Of a DNA stretch of 64,000 nt, positions 56,997 to 64,000 are shown in pieces. The stretch's first letter is position 1. Every line of letters begins with the position of its first letter. The notes under the pieces are model-generated. The model made no database searches, was not told the origin of the DNA, and saw only the letters and a program-made list of their open reading frames with translations. Source of the stretch: Candidatus Levyibacteriota bacterium. GTDB lineage: Bacteria > Patescibacteriota > Microgenomatia > Levybacterales > UBA12049. The stretch is from the NCBI GenBank assembly GCA_027459745.1, contig DAIDHL010000001.1, positions 13,828 to 77,827 of the forward strand, written 5' to 3'. A program made the position numbers and the translations under genes.

Positions 56997-58226
56997 ATGT
57001 GGCAAAAAGCTAAAAATGTATATCATTTCGGACAGGCAGTCACTGCACATGTGGCCAATGGCTTTCCAGCTCGTGGGGTAACGTTTATTGGTGTTACTGG
57101 AACAGATGGCAAAACAACTACTTCTAGTATGATTTATCATATTTTGCATAGTGTAGGTAAAAAAGTTGCTTTAGTCTCTACCGTAGCAGCTATTATTGAT
57201 GGCAAGTCTTATGATACAGGTTTCCACGTCACAAATCCTGACCCGGCAGCCTTACTGAAATATATCAAGCTGGCCATTAGAGCCAAGTCAGAATTTATCG
57301 TCTTGGAGGTAACATCACATGGCCTTGATCAGCATCGTGTTTTTGGGATTCCTTTCAAAATAGGAGTTATTACTAATATTACCCACGAACATTTAGATTA
57401 TCATAAAACTTACGACAATTACGTAGCCGCTAAATTTAAATTATTACAAAGCTCACAAATTGCAATTATTAATCGGGACGATCAATCATATGAAAATATA
57501 AAATTCAAGATAAAGCGAGAAGCTAGATTTAGTCAAAAAAAAGTTATAACTTATGGCTTAAGGTCTGATGCAGATATAAATCCGCGAGTTTTTCCCTTTA
57601 AAAATCATCTCTTAGGTGATTTTAATAATTATAATTGTTTAGCTGCAATATCAGTTTGTCTACAATTAGGTTTACTGCCTGATGAAATACGCAATGCCCT
57701 AGCTGATTTTAGTGCACCCGTGGGAAGAGAAGAGATTGTATACAATAAGGATTTTGCCGTAATGATAGACTTTGCTCACACACCCAATGCTATAGAGCAA
57801 ATATTATCAGCAATTAAAAAAGATATTAAAAAAACGGGGAAAATTATTCATGTGTTTGGAGCAGCTGGTTTACGTGATCATACTAAGCGTCCATTGATGG
57901 GAGAAGCCAGTGATAAATATGCAGACATTACAATACTCACCGCAGAGGATCCCAGGACGGAAAAAGTAAATGAAATTATTCGTCAAATTTGCAAGGGAAT
58001 GAAAAATTATGAGTTAAGAACTAAGAATAATACACTACTGATTATTGAAGATAGGCAGCAGGCAATTGATAAGGCGATAGCACTTGCAAAAAAAGGAGAT
58101 ATGGTGGTGGTGACGGGTAAAGGACATGAAAGCTCAATGAACTTTGGGAAAGATGAGGTTCCCTGGAATGATCATGAAGCCGTGAAATCTGCATTGGAGA
58201 AGAGAAAAAATGCTACAAAAAACTAG
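56997..58226 (+). CDS. murE: UDP-MurNAc-dipeptide--diamino acid ligase (short, lacking the N-terminal domain)
   Basis: GTDGKTTT, EVTSHGLDQHR, TNITHEHLDYH, DFAHTP, EDPR, GKGHE. Confidence 0.9.
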   Translation: MWQKAKNVYHFGQAVTAHVANGFPARGVTFIGVTGTDGKTTTSSMIYHILHSVGKKVALVSTVAAIIDGKSYDTGFHVTNPDPAALLKYIKLAIRAKSEFIVLEVTSHGLDQHRVFGIPFKIGVITNITHEHLDYHKTYDNYVAAKFKLLQSSQIAIINRDDQSYENIKFKIKREARFSQKKVITYGLRSDADINPRVFPFKNHLLGDFNNYNCLAAISVCLQLGLLPDEIRNALADFSAPVGREEIVYNKDFAVMIDFAHTPNAIEQILSAIKKDIKKTGKIIHVFGAAGLRDHTKRPLMGEASDKYADITILTAEDPRTEKVNEIIRQICKGMKNYELRTKNNTLLIIEDRQQAIDKAIALAKKGDMVVVTGKGHESSMNFGKDEVPWNDHEAVKSALEKRKNATKN

Positions 58227-58947
58227 TACTGACTTCTATGAATTTAGTGAATTAAAAAGTTTAGGCCTCAAACAAGGCTTCTCCACTCGGGAAATGGGAG
58301 ACATGCAATTTTCTTCTCATCATGGTTTATCTAATTTGAAACGATTTGTTGAACAATTAGACCAGGTTAATAAAGGTATAATTAGGATGCAACAGATACA
58401 TGGAATTGAGGTAAAAATTGTCACTTTAGCAGATTCAGGTTCAGTTCAAGCCAAAGCAGACGGTTTAATTACTAAAGACAAGAGATTATTTTTGTGTATA
58501 AGAACGGCTGATTGTTTACCCCTGATTTTATTTGATAATAAGCAACAGACTCTTGCGGCTGTGCATGCAGGTTATAAAGGTGTATATGCCAATATCGCTC
58601 AGGAAGCTATTAGTAAAATGATTAAACTTGGTAGCAAGCCGGGAAATATAGTGGTTGGTATTGGGCCTTCCATCCGTGACTGCTGTTACTCAATCGACGA
58701 GTCTAGAGTAAATGAATTTAGGCACAAATATCCTGAAAAAATTGACTATTTGGTATATAGAGGCCAACAAGCTTTTTTGAGCTTGCAAAGTCTGGTAAAA
58801 TGGCAATTAAGAACAGCTGGGGTACTGCAGGAGAATATTTTTGATGCTATGATGTGTACACAGGACCATGATGATAAGTTTTTCTCTTTCAGAGCAAGAA
58901 AGGATAAAGCTTCAGGTGAGGTTTTTGCGACAGTTGTGGGATTATAG
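58210..58947 (+). CDS. pgeF: Peptidoglycan editing factor PgeF/YfiH (laccase-domain)
   Basis: QIHG, DGLIT, TADCLP, HAGYKG, GPSI..CCY, FFSFR. Confidence 0.9.
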   Translation: MLQKTSTDFYEFSELKSLGLKQGFSTREMGDMQFSSHHGLSNLKRFVEQLDQVNKGIIRMQQIHGIEVKIVTLADSGSVQAKADGLITKDKRLFLCIRTADCLPLILFDNKQQTLAAVHAGYKGVYANIAQEAISKMIKLGSKPGNIVVGIGPSIRDCCYSIDESRVNEFRHKYPEKIDYLVYRGQQAFLSLQSLVKWQLRTAGVLQENIFDAMMCTQDHDDKFFSFRARKDKASGEVFATVVGL

Positions 58948-59111
58948 AGGGAAGGAAAGGGGAGTAAAGTTGTTCTACTGGTATATTGTTTAATTGTTAA
59001 CCTTACATAATCTCCCCCTACAAGACGGAGGAAAATGAGACTTGAACAATTTATCGATGTAACAATTTAGCAATTAAGTTTAAAATATTGCCTAGAGCAA
59101 TCATATACACA

Positions 59112-60521
59112 ATGAACAAGGTTAATTCAATACATTTTGTCGGAATTAAAGGAGTTGGTATGACACCACTGGCAATTATTGCCAAACAGGCAGGGATTGC
59201 AGTGACAGGATCTGATTTGCCGCAAGTTTTTATCACAGACGCTGTATTGGCTAAAAACGAAATTAAAGTCTTCGATGGCTTTTCTGCAGAGCATGTGGGT
59301 GAGATTGATCTTGTGGTGGTGACTAATGCCCATGGAGGTTATGACAATGTCGAAGTAAAAGCGGCAAAAGATAAAGATATTCCGGTTATCTCTCAAGCTC
59401 AGGCTGTAGGAGAATTCATGAAAGGTGAAATATTAAACCGTGAATTTGTAGGTATATCTATCACAGGTACACATGGAAAAACTACTACGAGTGCTATGAT
59501 TGCTTCTCTACTTACGACAGCTGGTAAAGATCCTAGTTATGTAATTGGTACAGCTAGTATTCCATCTTTGGGGCATGCAGGACATTTAGGCAAGGGCGAA
59601 TATTTTGTTGCGGAGGCGGATGAATATATTACGGAGATCAAATATGACCGGACTATAAAATTTTTATGGCAACATCCAAAGGTGTTGGTAATGACCAATT
59701 TAGAACACGATCATCCTGATGTCTACCCAGATTTGCAGAGTGTTAAACAAGCATTCTCTAATTTTATTCAGCAATTATATCCTGAAGGGTTGTTAATTAT
59801 AAATGGTGATGATAGTAATTTGAGGGAAGTTAGCAAGCATTCCAAGGCACAAGTTACGACTTATGGTCTATTAAAAGATAATGAATATCAAATTAAAAAT
59901 ATCCAGGTATCGACTCATGAAACCAAGTTTGTGTTAGCTCATAAGGGGATAGATCTGGAAGAGTTTATCTTGCATGTTTCGGGAGAGCATAATGTTTTGA
60001 ATGCGACTGCAGCTATCATTGTGGGGATTAGTGCCGGTTTATCCATTGATGATATTCAAATGTACATGCAAATTTTTAGAGGTAGCAAAAGACGTCTAGA
60101 ATATCGTGGAGACAGTAGACAAGGCTATGTTCTGTATGATGATTACGGACATCATCCGACGGAAATAAAAGCTAGTTTAAAGGCTCTAAAAAGCATGTTT
60201 CCTAACTTCCATTTGGTTTGTATTTTTCAACCGCATACTGCTTCACGTACAAAGGCCTTATTTGAGAGTTTCGCGCAAGCTTTTTCACAAGCGGATGAGG
60301 TTATATTAATGGATATTTTTACTTCTGCTCGAGAAGAGACTGATCCAACAGTATCTTCAGAATTGTTAGCAGAAGCAATACACAAAGCTGGTAAAAAAGT
60401 GAAATATGAGGCTAATATGGCTGATGTGGTAAAATACATAAATCACCAAAAATATCCCTCCAAAACCTTGATCGTGACGATGGGAGCGGGAGATGTTTAT
60501 AAATTAATCGAGGAGATATAA
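59112..60521 (+). CDS. murC: UDP-N-acetylmuramate--L-alanine ligase
   Basis: GIKGVGM, GTHGKTTT, EADEY, DHPD, DDYGHHPTEI, FQPH, MGAGD; ATG at 59112. Confidence 0.93.
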   Translation: MNKVNSIHFVGIKGVGMTPLAIIAKQAGIAVTGSDLPQVFITDAVLAKNEIKVFDGFSAEHVGEIDLVVVTNAHGGYDNVEVKAAKDKDIPVISQAQAVGEFMKGEILNREFVGISITGTHGKTTTSAMIASLLTTAGKDPSYVIGTASIPSLGHAGHLGKGEYFVAEADEYITEIKYDRTIKFLWQHPKVLVMTNLEHDHPDVYPDLQSVKQAFSNFIQQLYPEGLLIINGDDSNLREVSKHSKAQVTTYGLLKDNEYQIKNIQVSTHETKFVLAHKGIDLEEFILHVSGEHNVLNATAAIIVGISAGLSIDDIQMYMQIFRGSKRRLEYRGDSRQGYVLYDDYGHHPTEIKASLKALKSMFPNFHLVCIFQPHTASRTKALFESFAQAFSQADEVILMDIFTSAREETDPTVSSELLAEAIHKAGKKVKYEANMADVVKYINHQKYPSKTLIVTMGAGDVYKLIEEI

Positions 60522-60542
60522 TATAGGTAATAGGTAAAAATT

Positions 60543-61883
60543 ATGGAAAACAAAAACCAGAAATATATCATAACTGGCGGAAACGCACTAAAAGGTTCTA
60601 TACGTCCTTCTGGTGCTAAAAATGTAGCTCTTAAAGCGATTGTAGCTGCATGTTTAACTGCAGAACCAGTAGTTATTCATAATGTCCCTTTAATATCTGA
60701 TTTTTTTGTAATGTCAGAAATTATCCAGGAATTAGGTGGGACAGTTGAGCTCAAAGATCATACTGCTACAATTCAGGTTAAAACATTTAGCAAAGATAAA
60801 ATCACTCTTGATCAAGCTGCTCATATTCGCACTTCTTCTATGTTTCTTTCTCCGTTGTTGGCACGTTTGCATCATGCGATTATCCCTAACCCTGGTGGTT
60901 GTCGTCTAGGTGCTCGTCCAATCGATCGCACTGTTGAAGGCTTGATTAAATTGGGTGCACGAGTGAATTATGAGAGCGAAGATGGATATTTTCATGCTGA
61001 AACAGATGGATTACAAGGATGTGAGTATACATTCAACAAGAACACCCATACTGGCACCGAGACTTTATTAATAGCTGCGACTTTAGCTAGAGGTAAAACA
61101 GTTTTACATAATGCAGCGGCTGAACCTGAGATTGACGAACTGATTGATTTGTTAAATAAGATGGGAGCCAAAATACAGAGAACTTCCACTCGTGAGATTG
61201 AAATAGAGGGAGTAAATAATTTACATGGGACTGAATTTACTATCGCACCAGATAGAAATGAGGTAGTAACTTTTGCTATTGCTGCAGTGGCATCCCAAGG
61301 AGATGTGTTTATAGAAGGCGTACAGGAGATGGGACTGAAAGAGTTTAATGATGTATTATTACAGGCAGGTGGTGGAGTTGAAATTAAAGATAGTGGTATC
61401 AGATATTTTTATAGAGGTCATTTAAAGCCAGTTGATGTTACTACTCAACCTTATCCCGGCTTTATGACGGACTGGCAAGCACCTTGGGCAGTCTTGATGA
61501 CCCAAGCCGAGGGTGAATCTGTAATACATGAAACTGTTTTTGAAGACAGATTTAGTTACGTTACGCAATTGAGAAAAATGGGTGCGAAAATAGATTTATT
61601 TAATCCACAAGTCGAGGATAAAAAATCTTTTTATAACTTCAATCTAGATGATGACAGACCAGAATTCTTCCATGCAGCAAAAATTTTAGGACCTGTTAAA
61701 CTACATGATGGAGTTGTAGGCGTATCTGATTTGCGCGCTGGTGCGTCGTTGGTAGTAGCAGCTTTAATTGCCAATGGAGAAAGTATCGTACATGGAGTAA
61801 ATACCATCAGAAGAGGCTATGAAGGTTTCGAAGAGCGTTTAAAAAAACTAGGTGCCAATATTAGAAAGGAACAAGATGAGTAA
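60543..61883 (+). CDS. murA: UDP-N-acetylglucosamine 1-carboxyvinyltransferase
   Basis: SGAKN, PGGCRLGARP, PYPGFMTDWQ, DLRAGA, RGYE. Confidence 0.95.
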   Translation: MENKNQKYIITGGNALKGSIRPSGAKNVALKAIVAACLTAEPVVIHNVPLISDFFVMSEIIQELGGTVELKDHTATIQVKTFSKDKITLDQAAHIRTSSMFLSPLLARLHHAIIPNPGGCRLGARPIDRTVEGLIKLGARVNYESEDGYFHAETDGLQGCEYTFNKNTHTGTETLLIAATLARGKTVLHNAAAEPEIDELIDLLNKMGAKIQRTSTREIEIEGVNNLHGTEFTIAPDRNEVVTFAIAAVASQGDVFIEGVQEMGLKEFNDVLLQAGGGVEIKDSGIRYFYRGHLKPVDVTTQPYPGFMTDWQAPWAVLMTQAEGESVIHETVFEDRFSYVTQLRKMGAKIDLFNPQVEDKKSFYNFNLDDDRPEFFHAAKILGPVKLHDGVVGVSDLRAGASLVVAALIANGESIVHGVNTIRRGYEGFEERLKKLGANIRKEQDE

Positions 61884-61903
61884 TTATTCAATTACTCACT
61901 AAT

Positions 61904-62653
61904 ATGATGGAAAGTTACTCAAATATTGCTGCAGTTATATTAGCCGCCGGTAAGGGAACACGCATGCCCGCTGACAATAAAAACAAAGTTACTCATCATC
62001 TCAACGATCAGCCAATTATTTTACGTATTGTCAAAATGTTTGAAAGTTTGAAATTAGGAGCAGTAATTGTGGTAGTTGGTTTTGCCAAAGAATCTGTATA
62101 CCAAGTGTTAAATGGTCAGCAAGTTGTATTTGCAGAGCAAGATCAACAACTAGGTACGGCTCATGCCACACAAGCTGGTTTAGAAAAGGTTTCAGAAGGT
62201 ATTTCAGATGTCATAGTAATTTATGGTGATGATGCGTCGATGTATCCAAAAAGTTTATTAAAGGATCTAATTGTGCAACATCAACGAGAAAAAAATATGA
62301 TTACATTTGTTAGTTTCGAAGTTGAAAATCCCACCGACTTGGGCAGAATAGAGAGAGAAAATGACAAAGTTGTAGGGATTGTAGAAGAAAAGAACGCTAC
62401 GGACGAACAAAAGAAAATAAAAGAAATAAATTCAGGGCTATATATTTTTAACAAAAGTTTTTTAAAAGAATATTTGCCCAAATTACACGTTAATGATATA
62501 TCGAAAGAATATTATTTGACTGATTTAGTAGAAACTGCTTTACGAAACAATTTGCCTATCAGTGTATTACAAGCAGGAAAGTTACCTTGGTTTGGCATAA
62601 ATTCATTTGCTGATTTAGAAAAAGCTCAACAAGTTTACAAACAACAAAATTAA
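61904..62653 (+). CDS. GlmU-like uridylyltransferase, N-terminal domain only
   Basis: ILAAGKGTRM, QLGTAHA, YGD, IVEEK, EINSG, EYYLTD, GIN; stops before any LbH domain. Confidence 0.82.
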   Translation: MMESYSNIAAVILAAGKGTRMPADNKNKVTHHLNDQPIILRIVKMFESLKLGAVIVVVGFAKESVYQVLNGQQVVFAEQDQQLGTAHATQAGLEKVSEGISDVIVIYGDDASMYPKSLLKDLIVQHQREKNMITFVSFEVENPTDLGRIERENDKVVGIVEEKNATDEQKKIKEINSGLYIFNKSFLKEYLPKLHVNDISKEYYLTDLVETALRNNLPISVLQAGKLPWFGINSFADLEKAQQVYKQQN

Positions 62654-62656
62654 TAT

Positions 62657-63919
62657 ATGCAAATAGTTTTATTAGCAGCTGGCAATTCTAGTAGGTTTTA
62701 TCCATATATAAATTATGGGCATAAGTCTTTTTTTCCAATATTTGATAAACCTATCATTTACCATACTCTTAAATCCATTCAAGCTACTGGTTTTAAAGAA
62801 GTTATTGTTGTAGTCAGAGAAAAAAAACAATTGGAAGAAATTCTTAAACATAATACAGATTTAGATTTAAATATTACGATTATTGAGCAACCAGAAGCAT
62901 TAGGTATGGGAGATGCTTTGCTGAGGGCAAGAGAATATTTACAGGATAGTTTTTTTGTTATGCATGCGCATCATGTTGACTTTGCTGATTTTGCAGAAAT
63001 AATCTCAAGAGAAAAAACAGAAAAAGATCAAGTGGTTTTATTGGCAAGAAAAGAAAATGATATCGCAAAATTTGGTGTTTTGAGAGTAGATGAGAATAGA
63101 GTTTTAGAAATTGTAGAAAAGCCAACCAATGCTGACCATGTTTCGAATTTGCGGTTGATTGGAATCTATTTGTTATCAATTAAATTTTTGGATTCTTTAT
63201 CTAGTACAAAATTAGAACATTATAATTTTGAAACAGCTCTGTCCGAGTTTGCTCAAAACAATTTGGTGACCTATGTCGAGACACAAGAAGAAAGTGTCTC
63301 CTTAAAATATCCCTGGAATTTATTTGCTCTTAAGAATTATTTATTTAATTCTCAAACCTACTCAATTTCTGTTAATTCAACTGTAGCCACTAATGTAACT
63401 TTAGAAGGAACTGTGATTATTGAGGACGGTGCTAAAGTTATGGAAAATGCGGTATTGAAGGGACCGGTTTACGTGGGAGCAAATTCAGTGGTGGGGACGA
63501 ATGCCATTTTACGTGAGGGGACTGTTTTAAGCGCCAACTGTATGGTAGGTGCAAATATGGAGATAAGAAATTCAATAATTTCTGCCGGCACACATTTTCA
63601 TTCTGGATTTGCGGGGGATTCTTTATTTGGACAAAATGGAAGATTTGGTGCCGGATTTAATACAGGAAACAAGAGATTGGATCGACAAGGAGTTGATATT
63701 AAATTAGATAATAAAATATTAACAACAGGTATTCATAATTTAGGGGTAATCGTAGGTGATAATGTTAAAGTTGGCATTAATGTTTCCACAATGCCAGGGA
63801 CAATTATCGGAAATGATTCTATTGTAGGTCCCCATACTATGGTTAGAAAAAATGTCGCAGATAAAACCAGATACTATACTAAGTTTAAAGAAATAATAAC
63901 TTCTATTACTGAAGATTAG
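62657..63919 (+). CDS. Bifunctional sugar-1-phosphate nucleotidyltransferase/acetyltransferase (archaeal-type GlmU-like)
   Basis: LAAGNSSRF, IVEKP, YPW, LbH repeats, HSGFAGDS, GAGFNTGNKRLD, LGVIVGD. Confidence 0.8.
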   Translation: MQIVLLAAGNSSRFYPYINYGHKSFFPIFDKPIIYHTLKSIQATGFKEVIVVVREKKQLEEILKHNTDLDLNITIIEQPEALGMGDALLRAREYLQDSFFVMHAHHVDFADFAEIISREKTEKDQVVLLARKENDIAKFGVLRVDENRVLEIVEKPTNADHVSNLRLIGIYLLSIKFLDSLSSTKLEHYNFETALSEFAQNNLVTYVETQEESVSLKYPWNLFALKNYLFNSQTYSISVNSTVATNVTLEGTVIIEDGAKVMENAVLKGPVYVGANSVVGTNAILREGTVLSANCMVGANMEIRNSIISAGTHFHSGFAGDSLFGQNGRFGAGFNTGNKRLDRQGVDIKLDNKILTTGIHNLGVIVGDNVKVGINVSTMPGTIIGNDSIVGPHTMVRKNVADKTRYYTKFKEIITSITED

Positions 63920-63967
63920 TACTTGATTTTATAATCAAAATAATTACAATGTAACTCAACTTTTAAT

Positions 63968-64000
63968 ATGTGTGGAATATTTGCTTATATTGGTAAAAAA
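63968..64000 (+). CDS. glmS: Glutamine--fructose-6-phosphate aminotransferase, N-terminus (3' partial)
   Basis: MCGIFAYIGKK (Ntn catalytic Cys) directly after the GlmU-like genes. Confidence 0.75.
   Translation, partial: MCGIFAYIGKK

Noticed and set aside
58948-59111. Possible structured RNA between pgeF and murC (GGGGAG...CTCCCC)
   Set aside because: Only short, distant complementarity; no recognisable family.
1439-63179. Numerous 60-125 aa ORFs antisense or out of frame to long genes (e.g. 14052-14426, 15724-16050, 55509-55856)
   Set aside because: They lie within or largely overlap well-supported genes and have no recognisable motifs.

Overview
AT-rich bacterial genome segment, most consistent with a Patescibacteria (CPR, Microgenomates-like) chromosome. 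This is inferred from gene content: alpha2-type GlyRS, short MurE, DUF4012 and many GT-C membrane glycosyltransferases. 1-43.8 kb is a very large cell-surface glycosylation locus: about 9 GT-C-type membrane proteins, about 14 GT2/GT4 enzymes, galE, a flippase, a 3-amino-sugar cassette (dehydrogenase, aminotransferase, N-formyltransferase, 2-epimerase), manC, a priming transferase and DUF4012. Two PurD-like ATP-grasp paralogs interrupt it on the opposite strand. 43.9-47.3 kb is the most unusual part: tatA-tatC, then a 58-aa ORF missing from the ORF track that is essentially a free-standing Tat signal anchor ending in GFGSGPYG, then a signal-less beta-helix protein, with a divergent secreted FN3 protein whose mature N-terminus carries the related motif YGSGNYG. 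I propose this as a candidate in-trans (adaptor-mediated) Tat export system. 47.4-64 kb holds recO, glyQS, an orphan AccD-AccA fusion, and a dcw/peptidoglycan cluster (mraZ, rsmH, ftsL, ftsI, murE, pgeF, murC, murA, two GlmU-like genes, start of glmS) interrupted by three genes and a perfect (AAGGGTT)8 telomere-like repeat. Many operons begin with leaderless-type promoters. I saw no rRNA, tRNA, CRISPR array or transposase. All family assignments are from motif recognition by eye, not database searches.
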